From positions 1 through 41,197 of the forward strand of contig JBBDYA010000111.1 in NCBI GenBank assembly GCA_040902005.1: 41,197 nucleotides of DNA, read 5' to 3'. The translations under genes were made by a program, and so were the position numbers. The notes below the pieces were generated by a model. It had not been told where the DNA came from. It searched no databases and worked only from the letters and a program-made list of their open reading frames with translations. The DNA comes from Gemmatimonadaceae bacterium (GTDB taxonomy: Bacteria; Gemmatimonadota; Gemmatimonadetes; Gemmatimonadales; Gemmatimonadaceae). Below are positions 16,370 through 24,737 of this stretch, in pieces. Each line of letters starts with the position of its first letter. The stretch's first letter is position 1.

Positions 16370-19054
16370 TCACTCCGCACGCATGGCGAGTGACGGATCG
16401 ATGCGCGTGGCCCTGCGCGCCGGTATCCACCCCGCGAGCGCGGCGACGCCAAAGAGCACGGCCGTCATCAGCGCAAACGTGCCGGGATCGGCGGGCTGCA
16501 CTTCGAAGAGCAGAGATCCCAGGATGCGCGTGAACGCCAGCGCGCCCGCCAGGCCGATGATCGCGCCGATCGCGGTCAATCCCACCGAGCGGGCGAGCAC
16601 GCGCGCCCGGATGCCGGATGGCGACGCCCCCAGGGCCATGCGGACTCCGATCTCACGCGTATCGCGGGCGACGGCGTACGAGAGCACGCCGTACAACCCG
16701 ATGGATGCCAACAGGAGCGCGAGCATGGCGAACGCGCCAAAGAGGATGGCGTTGAAGCGCAGCGGCGCGATCGAGCGGGCCAGCGCGTCTTCCATGGTCT
16801 GCACGTTCGCCAGGGCGATGCCGGGATCGAGCGCCGCGAGCTCGCGTCGCGCCGCGCGCGCCAACTCGCCCGCGCCGCCACGGCCTCGCACCAGCACGGC
16901 ACCGCTGAGTCGTGGGCTCTGCCGTTGCGGCACATACACGATTGGACGGGGGGCATCCGTCGCGCCCTCCAGGCGCACGTCACCTGCGACGCCCACGATC
17001 TCGCGGCGCACGCGCTCATCGCGCCACGAGAACACCTGTCTGCCCACGGCGTGGGACAGAGGCTGCCCCGGGAACATCGTCTGTGCGAACGCGCGCGTCA
17101 CGATGATCTTCGGGGAGGCCGTCGTGTCGTCCCGCTCCTCGAACGGCCGTCCCGCGAGGATCGGCTGGCCGGCCGCCTCGAAGTACTGCGTGCCCACCTC
17201 GGTCCACATGATATCCACCTCTGGCCCGCCCGGCGGCTCGGGTGCGCCCGCCTCGATCATGGTGCGCCCGAGGTAGACTCCGCCGCCGCCAAGCGGTAGG
17301 GCGGTGGTTACGCTGGCCGCCGTGACGCCGGGAATACCGCGCAGCCGGCGCATGAACTCGTCCCAGAATGCCGCCACCTGCTGGTTCCCCTCGAAGCGGC
17401 CCTGCGGCAGCGCGATCCGGAAGGCGAGCGTTTCACGGATATCGAGGCCCGTGTCCACGTCGCGCAGCTTCATCAGGGATTTCGCGAGCAGCCCGGCGCC
17501 GGCGAGGAGCGTGAGCGACATCGCGACCTCCGCGACCACGAGCGCGGCGGACGCGCGGCGCTGGCGCCTGCCTCCGGCGGTTCGTCCGCTCGTCGCCGCA
17601 AGCGCCTGTGCCGGGCGCGCGTTGGACGCCCTGACCGCGGGCGCGAGACCGAACAGCAGGGCGGAGAGCACGGTGACGGCGGCGGCGGTCAGGAGCGTGG
17701 GCACGCTGAGGTGCACCACCGTCGCCGGTGAGAGAACGTCGGGAGGCGCCAGGCGTACGAGCGCTCGCGCCAGCCCGACGGCTAGTGCGACGCCAAGTAC
17801 ACCTCCGGCGAGCGCAAGGACCAGACTCTCGGTCAGGAGCTGGCGCGCCAGCCGCCACCGTCCCGCGCCGATGGCGGTGCGCACCGAGAACTCCCGCTCG
17901 CGCGCCGTCGCGCGGGCCAGCATGAGGTTGGCCACGTTGACGCACGCGATCAGCAGCACGACGGCCACGGCCCCGAGCAGCACCCAGAGCGCCCTCCGCA
18001 TCTGCGGCGCGACCGCGATCTCGTGGATGGGCTGCGCCGTCACCGTGGTGCCGCTCCGCTTCGCGGGATGTTCTTCCGCGACCTGGCGCGCCATCATGGC
18101 GAGCTGCTCGCGGGTCTCCCCGAGCGATCGCCCGGCGCGCAGCCGTGCGATCCCCATGTAGATGTGGTTGTCGGGCGCGAGTGTGGACTCGCTCGGCCCC
18201 TGCCGGTAGGGATACCATGCATTGACGCCGCGGGGCCATTCCGCGCCGGCAGGAAGCACGCCGATGACCGTGACTGGAAAGCCGGTCATGCGGATCTGGC
18301 TGTTGATGACGGCCGGGTCGCCGCCGAAGCGCCGCTGCCACAACGCATGCGAGATCACCATGGTGCGAGGTGCGCCGGGACTGAACTCATCCGGTTGCGG
18401 CAGGCGCCCGATGAGCGGCTTCACCGCGAGCACGCGAAAGAAGTCGCTCGTGAGGAAGGCGATGTCGAGGCGTTCGGGGTCGCAGCCAACGCCGGCGCAG
18501 TCGCCGGTGATGTCCAGCTCGGCCCATTGAAGCAGCGCGACGGCCTCGAACACGCTGTCTCGCTGCCAGGCGAGGAAGTCGTGATAGGTCACGTTCCAGC
18601 GCTCGTCGGTGCCGATGCGTTGCGTGCGCGGTACCACGAGGCGCTCCTCGCCGGGGAACGGGAGGGGACGCAACAGGACCGCGTCAACGACGCTGTAGAT
18701 GGCGGTCGTCGCGCCAATGCCGAGGGCAATGGTCAGGACGGCGATGGCAGTGAACCCTGGCGTGCGGGACAGCATGCGCACCGCGTGGCGCGCGTCACGA
18801 GCGATCTGCATCAGTACCTCGGCGCGGCTGGCGCGCGTGCGTCGCCGGCGCGTGCTGTCGATCAGCTCACGCTCGACTGGTTGCCTCGGTCCGAATCGCT
18901 CGGCGGCCATGCCGCGCGCGCGATCGGGGTCCATCCCCTGGGCGATGAGCTCCTGCGCCCGCATCTCGACATGGAATGCGATCTCGTCGTTCACCTCAGC
19001 TCGCGCGCTGCGGCGAAACACCGTTCGCAAGAGCGTCCACCGCGGCTCGGTCAT
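16370..19054 (-). CDS. ADOP-like duplicated ABC permease with N-terminal prefix domain
   Basis: Start ATG 19054 (ATGA overlap with padR stop); prefix EVNDEIAFHVEMRAQELIAQGMDPDRA; standard MacB/FtsX motifs; 894 aa. Confidence 0.92.
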   Translation of the reverse strand: MTEPRWTLLRTVFRRSARAEVNDEIAFHVEMRAQELIAQGMDPDRARGMAAERFGPRQPVERELIDSTRRRRTRASRAEVLMQIARDARHAVRMLSRTPGFTAIAVLTIALGIGATTAIYSVVDAVLLRPLPFPGEERLVVPRTQRIGTDERWNVTYHDFLAWQRDSVFEAVALLQWAELDITGDCAGVGCDPERLDIAFLTSDFFRVLAVKPLIGRLPQPDEFSPGAPRTMVISHALWQRRFGGDPAVINSQIRMTGFPVTVIGVLPAGAEWPRGVNAWYPYRQGPSESTLAPDNHIYMGIARLRAGRSLGETREQLAMMARQVAEEHPAKRSGTTVTAQPIHEIAVAPQMRRALWVLLGAVAVVLLIACVNVANLMLARATAREREFSVRTAIGAGRWRLARQLLTESLVLALAGGVLGVALAVGLARALVRLAPPDVLSPATVVHLSVPTLLTAAAVTVLSALLFGLAPAVRASNARPAQALAATSGRTAGGRRQRRASAALVVAEVAMSLTLLAGAGLLAKSLMKLRDVDTGLDIRETLAFRIALPQGRFEGNQQVAAFWDEFMRRLRGIPGVTAASVTTALPLGGGGVYLGRTMIEAGAPEPPGGPEVDIMWTEVGTQYFEAAGQPILAGRPFEERDDTTASPKIIVTRAFAQTMFPGQPLSHAVGRQVFSWRDERVRREIVGVAGDVRLEGATDAPRPIVYVPQRQSPRLSGAVLVRGRGGAGELARAARRELAALDPGIALANVQTMEDALARSIAPLRFNAILFGAFAMLALLLASIGLYGVLSYAVARDTREIGVRMALGASPSGIRARVLARSVGLTAIGAIIGLAGALAFTRILGSLLFEVQPADPGTFALMTAVLFGVAALAGWIPARRATRIDPSLAMRAE

Positions 19055-19398
19055 GCCGGCTGGCCGGTGGACCGGAGGACCTTGGTGATCGCGCCGGCGA
19101 AGAGATCCCATGTCGCGGATTCGGTGCGCAGCTGCGCGCGGCCCGCCGTGGTCAGGCGGTAGAATTTGGCCTTGCGGTTGTTCTCCGACCGCCGCCACTC
19201 GCTTTCCACCCAGCCGCGCTCCTCCAGGCGGTGCAGCGCGGGGTACAACGACCCCTCACCGACGTTCAGGACGTCTTCGGTGAGCTCCTGGATCCAGCGG
19301 GCAACCGAATAGCCGTGCGCGGGACCCCAGGACAGGGTCTTGAGGACGAGCATGTCGAGCGTTCCCTGGAGCAGGTCGAGCTGAGTGGGTCGGGGCAT
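19051..19398 (-). CDS. PadR-family regulator (acidobacterial type)
   Basis: LLQGTLDMLVLKTL, HGYSVARWI, EGSLYPALHRLE, SENNRKAKFYRLT. Confidence 0.93.
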   Translation of the reverse strand: MPRPTQLDLLQGTLDMLVLKTLSWGPAHGYSVARWIQELTEDVLNVGEGSLYPALHRLEERGWVESEWRRSENNRKAKFYRLTTAGRAQLRTESATWDLFAGAITKVLRSTGQPA

Positions 19399-19401
19399 TG
19401 T

Positions 19402-19458
19402 TCCCATGGGATGTCGATGGGAAGAGGATGCCAGCGTTCCCATCGAATGTCAAGGGGA
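19402..19458 (-). promoter_or_regulatory. Two 21-bp PadR operator-like dyads, one covering a TTGACA -35
   Basis: TCCCATGGGATGTCGATGGGA (19402-19422) and TCCCATCGAATGTCAAGGGGA (19438-19458); same motif upstream of the second padR. Confidence 0.7.
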
Positions 19459-19481
19459 CTCCCGTGGGTTGCAACGCGCGG

Positions 19482-20090
19482 TCACCGCGCCGCGCGCTTC
19501 TTCTTCGGCCGATACGGAGCGAGCACGGCGTCCACGTCCTCCAGGATCCACTTCGCGCCAGAGCCCTGCTGGTAGGTGGCCCAGGCGAACAGGGATCCGC
19601 CGGTGACCACCTCCAGCGTCCTGGCCAGGCGACGGGGATCCGTGTCCTCGAGCAGCGCTCCTTCTGCGATGGCCTCCCGAACCAGCGCAACCAGCTCCTT
19701 CCGCGTGGCGCGCGCGTTGGCCACGAGGTGGCGCCGGAAATCGGGATCGCCGAGGTCGATGGTGAGATAGGCCAGGTTGCGCGCCATCGCTTCGGGCGAC
19801 GCGGCCAGTTGGGCCATGCAGCGAGCGTATTCACGCAGCGTCGCCAGCGCCGACGGCTGTCCGCCCCGCAGCTGCCGGATCATGTCGGCGGCTCCGTGCG
19901 CCGCGCCCTCCGAAAGGGCGAGCAGGAGATTACGCCTGGACCCGAATCGCTGGACCAGGGCGCCGGCGGTCACCCCGGCCTCCTCGGCGATCTCCGCCAG
20001 GGTCAGCTCCGACGGCCCCACCCGCGACATGGCGCGGTAGGCGGCGGCAAAGATGTCGTCGTCGGAGACCTTGCGGGGGCGGGGGGTCAT
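19482..20090 (-). CDS. TetR/AcrR-family regulator
   Basis: PRPRKVSDDDI, LTLAEIAEEAGVTAGALVQRFGSR HTH; 202 aa. Confidence 0.9.
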   Translation of the reverse strand: MTPRPRKVSDDDIFAAAYRAMSRVGPSELTLAEIAEEAGVTAGALVQRFGSRRNLLLALSEGAAHGAADMIRQLRGGQPSALATLREYARCMAQLAASPEAMARNLAYLTIDLGDPDFRRHLVANARATRKELVALVREAIAEGALLEDTDPRRLARTLEVVTGGSLFAWATYQQGSGAKWILEDVDAVLAPYRPKKKRAAR

Positions 20091-20112
20091 GAAGCCAGGT
20101 CAGGGTTGACGT

Positions 20113-20156
20113 AACTAAACGATCATATAGTTTGGTAGCTAAACGCCGGTATAGTA
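20113..20156. promoter_or_regulatory. Two TetR-type operator dyads in a divergent promoter region
   Basis: AACTAAACGATCATATAGTT (20113-20132) and AGCTAAACGCCGGTATAGTA (20137-20156). Confidence 0.6.
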
Positions 20157-20204
20157 TACCCGGCCACGCAACGGCCCGCGACAGGGTCCACGGGAGGACA
20201 CTCG

Positions 20205-20762
20205 ATGCGCACGGTAACGTATGGAGCGGCGTGCTCGCTGGATGGATTCATCGCGGGCCGCGACGGAAGTCTCGACTGGCTGCACTTCAGCAAGGACGTT
20301 CACCAGATCATCGGGTCGTTCTGGAAGACGATCGACACGGTGGTGATGGGCCGGGCGACGTGGGAGGGGACGCCACAGGGTGACGAGACGACGGGGCAGC
20401 CTCCGGGAGACGACGCAACTACCGGCATCGAGACGTATGTCTTCTCACGCACGCTCACCAAGGTGACCGGCCGCGGCGTGCGGCTGGTGCGCGAGGACGC
20501 GGGCGAGTTTGTGCGCCGGCTCAGGGAGCGGCCGGGAAAGGGGATCTGCGTCATGGGCGGAGGGGTGCTCGCGCGGTCGCTGTTTGACGCGGGACTTATC
20601 GACGAGGTGGGGCTGAACATCCACCCGGTGCTTCTCGGGGGCGGCGTCCCGATGTTCCTGCCGTCGCCGGCACGCGTTGGGCTCGAGCTGGCCGAGTCGC
20701 GCGTGATCGACGGCGGCTGCGTGATCGCGAACTACCGCGTGCGCTTGCTGGCCGGCGCCTGA
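20205..20762 (+). CDS. Dihydrofolate-reductase-like / RibD C-terminal domain protein
   Basis: ACSLDGFIA, VVMGRATWE, MGGGVLARSLFDAGLIDE, HPVLLGGGVPMF; GGAGG RBS. Confidence 0.9.
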   Translation: MRTVTYGAACSLDGFIAGRDGSLDWLHFSKDVHQIIGSFWKTIDTVVMGRATWEGTPQGDETTGQPPGDDATTGIETYVFSRTLTKVTGRGVRLVREDAGEFVRRLRERPGKGICVMGGGVLARSLFDAGLIDEVGLNIHPVLLGGGVPMFLPSPARVGLELAESRVIDGGCVIANYRVRLLAGA

Positions 20763-20784
20763 TGGTCCGGTTCCGCCCGCTCCC

Positions 20785-22227
20785 TCATGGATATTCCCGC
20801 GCGATGATCCTCGCGATTTCGTCAGCCGCCGGGCGCGTGCGCGCGCTGTCGCCGAGGATGCGCGCGGCCGATTGCATGCCCTGTCTGTAGATGACGTATC
20901 GTTCCGGAAACCTCCGCCTCTCCGCCATGAGACGGTCGAACATCGGCGCGATGGAATCGGCCCCGAATTGACGCCCGGCCTGGACCAGCAGTGCGGGAAT
21001 CGAGCGCGGGTAGTCCCACGGCGTGCCATTGAGGTGTGCCGCAATCCGGCGGAACGGGAAGTCCTGGCGGTTGCCGTGGGCCAACTGCACGATGATCGTG
21101 CGCGACGCGGGATCAACGTACACTCGCTGTCCGCCTGAGCCGTCAGCGAAGTAGTCGCCGCTCTTCGGCTGGATGGCGTGCCACCAGTACAGCGTGTGTT
21201 GCATCTGCCACCACGTGCCCACGTCCGGCTCCGGGCGCATCGGGTCCACGGCGACGGAGCGGCTCAACCAGTCAGCCGGAATGACGCGCTCGCCGTTCCA
21301 GAGACCGCGGTCGAGATAGAGCCGGCCAAACCGAGCGAGGTCTCGCGCGGTCGCGTTGAACCCGCTGGAGACTCGCTCGAGTCCCCCACGGTGGTCCAGA
21401 CTCCACGTGGCGTCGAACTCCGTTCCGATGCGGGACCACAGCTTGTCCGACGCATACGCGGCAACCGTCTGGCCCGTGGCCTCCGTGAGGACCCAGCCGA
21501 GGATCTCCGCGTCGGTGTCCTTGTACTTCCACTGTGCGCCGGGCGCGGTATCACGCCGGGCGCCAGCGATCAGTCCTGGCAGGTCGGTGGAGTAGTACAC
21601 GCGCGCCTCGTCGCTGCGCAGATCCGCCCACATCCCGTCGCCGGTGGTGGTGAAACGCAGCCCCGACTTCATCTCGAGAAGGTGCCGGATGGTCATCCCA
21701 TCGAAGGCGGGATTGGAGCGCAGGCGCGGCAGGTACTCGGTGACGGCCTGGTCCAGGCTCCCGATCTTCCCCTCGCCGATGGCGATCCCGACGAGCGCCG
21801 AGAGCACCGACTTGGATACGGACATGGTGACGTGCAGCCTGCCAGGCACATGGCCGCCGCGATACGTCTCATACAGGATGGTGTCGTTGCGGATCACCAG
21901 GAATGCATCGATCGCACTGCGCTCCATGTACTCGCTGAACGGCACACGGCTGGCGCTGTTGGGGGCGCGGACACTGATGGTGTCGAGATCGGTCCGAAGC
22001 GCCGGTGCGCGGACGAATTCGAAGGGAGAGCGGGCCCGGGCGACCGTGCGGACGGGAAACATCGCCACGTTACGAGGGTCGGGCTCCCGATGGCGAACCA
22101 TCCGGTAGGTGGTGCACGCGCCCAGTGTCAGTGCGGCGAGGCACAGGAGGGCGGTCAACGGCCTTCCTCGCGTGGTCAGGTGCCGGGCGCCGTCAACCGC
22201 GGTCGGGGTGGTGGTGTCAGATTTCAT
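20785..22227 (-). CDS. Beta-lactamase-family serine hydrolase, probable lipoprotein
   Basis: SVSK, TIRHLLEMKSGL, PGAQWKY, ARDLARFGRLYL; lipobox-like LTLGAC. Confidence 0.85.
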   Translation of the reverse strand: MKSDTTTPTAVDGARHLTTRGRPLTALLCLAALTLGACTTYRMVRHREPDPRNVAMFPVRTVARARSPFEFVRAPALRTDLDTISVRAPNSASRVPFSEYMERSAIDAFLVIRNDTILYETYRGGHVPGRLHVTMSVSKSVLSALVGIAIGEGKIGSLDQAVTEYLPRLRSNPAFDGMTIRHLLEMKSGLRFTTTGDGMWADLRSDEARVYYSTDLPGLIAGARRDTAPGAQWKYKDTDAEILGWVLTEATGQTVAAYASDKLWSRIGTEFDATWSLDHRGGLERVSSGFNATARDLARFGRLYLDRGLWNGERVIPADWLSRSVAVDPMRPEPDVGTWWQMQHTLYWWHAIQPKSGDYFADGSGGQRVYVDPASRTIIVQLAHGNRQDFPFRRIAAHLNGTPWDYPRSIPALLVQAGRQFGADSIAPMFDRLMAERRRFPERYVIYRQGMQSAARILGDSARTRPAADEIARIIAREYP

Positions 22228-22338
22228 GAGGACCAGGAGGTGGGGGGGGGGTGCAGAGTTTCATGAGAGCCAAAGTGAGAGCGGGGCGTCACCAATTCGT
22301 TGGCGGGGCGTGATCACGCCGCCGGCGGGGCGTCCAGC

Positions 22339-24732
22339 ATGCTGCACCTGACCACCATCGGCGTCGCCCGGACGGTGCCAGACGGGTTGCAGCCCAAGCG
22401 GCTGGCACTGCTCGCGTATCTGGCGCTGGCCCGGCCGCGCGGAGCGCAGCGGCGCGACACCCTGGTTGGCCTGCTCTGGCCGGAGCTCGACCAGCAGCGC
22501 GCGCGGGCCGCCCTGCGACAAGCAGTCCATGGCATGCGCAAACGAGCTGGCCACGGCGTCATCGTCTCCACGGGCACGGAGCTGCTCGCACTGAGTCGCG
22601 AGCTGGTGCACTGCGACGCGTGGGACCTGGAGAGGGCGGTCGAAGCGGCTGACCATGAGCGCGTGCTGTCCCTGTATTGCGGCGAATTGCTCGCCGGTCT
22701 GCACCTGACCGGGGCGCCGGGGTTCGAGGAGTGGCGTGAGTCGGAGAATCGGTTGATCCGGAGCATCGCGATCGCCAGCGCGTGGGCCGCCGCCACAGCG
22801 GCGATCGACCGCGGCCTCGTGGCGCACGGCGCCGGACTGGCACGGCGCGCCATCACAATGGACCCGCTCGACGAGGATGGAGTTCGCCGAGCCATGCGAC
22901 TCCTGGCGACCGCGGGCGATCGCGCGGGAGCGCTCGCGGAGTTCCGTCGCTTCCGCGATCGGCTGATGACCGATCTGGACATCGAACCGTCAGCCGAGAC
23001 GCGGGCGCTGGCTGTGCAGCTGTCGGTTGATGCCGGCGGAGCGCCACTGCGGCTCCAGTCGGTTCCACTTCGTCCTGAACCGACTGCGCCGCGTCGCGCC
23101 CGGGGAACGGAGCGCTGGCGCCTCGGCGCGGCCGGAGCGATCGCGGCGATCGGGCTGGTGTCCGCCGCGCTCCTCGCGAGCGTCGCGGAATCGCCGGCGG
23201 ATCCCCGGCGCGTCGAGATAGGCGCGGTCGTGAACGAATCCGGCGACGCGGCGCTCGAGAACCTGGCCTGGCGTGCGACGCAAGAGATGCGCACCAGAGT
23301 GGCCGCGCTTCAGGACGTGGCCGTCGTTGCCGCGGAGCCGCATGCGGCACGGACGGCTGGCACAGCCGTGCGCGCCTGGCTTCGTGCGGACGGCGACAGC
23401 ATCGAGCTTCGCGCCGAGGTCGTGAATCGCACAGCGGGATCCGTCGAACGGACGGCGGTGGTGCGTTTCGGGCGGCACGACCTATCCGCGGTCGCGCCGC
23501 GGTTCGCCGAACGCGTGCAGACGGCGATCGCCACGGCGCTGTATCCCGGGTGGGGCACCGCCATGAGCCAGCCCGCGTCGTATGCGTCGTATCAGTGGTT
23601 CGTGACCGGCATGAATGCCATCAAGCGTGAGGAGCACGATCGTGCGCTGGCGGCGTTCACCCGGGCCTTCGATGGCGACTCGGCGTTCGTCTCAGCGGGA
23701 CTCATGGCTGCGGCCGAGCTCATGAAGCTGCGCCGCTTTCAGGCTGCCGACTCGCTGACGCGCATCCTCTCCGTGCGTGGAACCGCGCGCGGCGTGGATG
23801 CCGCACTTCTCGACTGGCTCGAGCGATCGCTCCGCGGCGACCGCCATGGCGCGGGCGCTGCGATGCTGCGCCTCACCTCGATCGCGCCCGATGCCGAGCT
23901 GGCCTGGCTGCAGCTGGCGATCGATCGTTTGCGGACGGGACGTCCGGAACAGGCGCTTGACGCGCTCGATCGCATCACGGGTATCGAGCATGACGCCGAG
24001 GGATGGGTGGCGCTCTGGGCCACGCGGATCGAAGCCCTCCATGCGCTGGGACGCCATCACCGCGAGTTGGACGTGGTGCGACGCGGCCTGGCCGCGCACC
24101 CGCACCTTCGCGTGCTGGCGGTCTACGAGCTGCGCGCACTCGCGGCGCTCGGCCGCACCGCCGACGTTGCGCACCTGATCGGCCTGTTTCCCAACGGCGA
24201 TGTCGGCGGCGTGAGCCTGGCAGTCGCGGTGCGGCAGGCCGCGCTGGAACTGCGTGCGCACGGCCACGACGACGCCATGCTTCGTGCATACATGGATCCG
24301 GACACGATCGCGGCGCCGCTTCGCCGCGCGATGGTGCTGTCCATGCGTGGCGAGTTCCGTCCTGCCCTGGCGATCTACGATTCGGTGCGACGCGCCGTGC
24401 CGGCATGCGCCGACTGCGTTGGCATCAGCGGCGTCCTGGCGGCGCGACTGGGCGATCGCTCAGCGGCCCAGCAGCGGTCCGCCGACCTGACGCGCCTGGG
24501 CGACACAACCAGGACAGGTCCTCACCCTGCACGTGCCCGGGATCTCCTCTGGCAGGCGCGGATCGCGAACGCGTTGGGAATGCGCGGGGCCGCGTCGCGC
24601 TACCTCGTCGACGCGTTCGGCGCGGGCCTCCCGCTCGACGCGATGCTCCACGCGGACCCCGACGTCGCCGGGATCAATCCCGACTCGCTCTACCGGGCCT
24701 ATGCCCGGTCAGGACGGTTGCAATGGCCTTAA
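22339..24732 (+). CDS. SARP/BTAD-domain transcriptional regulator with TM segment and TPR-like C-terminus
   Basis: QPKRLALLAYLALA, RRDTLVGLLWPE, ARAALRQAVH, FEEWRE, DPLDE, LDIEPSAET; hydrophobic LGAAGAIAAIGLVSAALLA; start uncertain (22300 or 22339). Confidence 0.82.
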   Translation: MLHLTTIGVARTVPDGLQPKRLALLAYLALARPRGAQRRDTLVGLLWPELDQQRARAALRQAVHGMRKRAGHGVIVSTGTELLALSRELVHCDAWDLERAVEAADHERVLSLYCGELLAGLHLTGAPGFEEWRESENRLIRSIAIASAWAAATAAIDRGLVAHGAGLARRAITMDPLDEDGVRRAMRLLATAGDRAGALAEFRRFRDRLMTDLDIEPSAETRALAVQLSVDAGGAPLRLQSVPLRPEPTAPRRARGTERWRLGAAGAIAAIGLVSAALLASVAESPADPRRVEIGAVVNESGDAALENLAWRATQEMRTRVAALQDVAVVAAEPHAARTAGTAVRAWLRADGDSIELRAEVVNRTAGSVERTAVVRFGRHDLSAVAPRFAERVQTAIATALYPGWGTAMSQPASYASYQWFVTGMNAIKREEHDRALAAFTRAFDGDSAFVSAGLMAAAELMKLRRFQAADSLTRILSVRGTARGVDAALLDWLERSLRGDRHGAGAAMLRLTSIAPDAELAWLQLAIDRLRTGRPEQALDALDRITGIEHDAEGWVALWATRIEALHALGRHHRELDVVRRGLAAHPHLRVLAVYELRALAALGRTADVAHLIGLFPNGDVGGVSLAVAVRQAALELRAHGHDDAMLRAYMDPDTIAAPLRRAMVLSMRGEFRPALAIYDSVRRAVPACADCVGISGVLAARLGDRSAAQQRSADLTRLGDTTRTGPHPARARDLLWQARIANALGMRGAASRYLVDAFGAGLPLDAMLHADPDVAGINPDSLYRAYARSGRLQWP

Positions 24733-24737
24733 CGGCC

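Noticed and set aside
16267..16533. 88-aa ORF as an intact IS3 OrfA
   Set aside because: Length fits, but only the first 24 residues resemble OrfA; the rest is antisense to the permease end
20785..22227. Calling this hydrolase, the one at 33285-35627 or the BlaI/M56 pair beta-lactam resistance genes
   Set aside because: Family motifs alone do not show lactamase activity; the M56 protein lacks a penicillin-binding domain and no lactamase is linked to it
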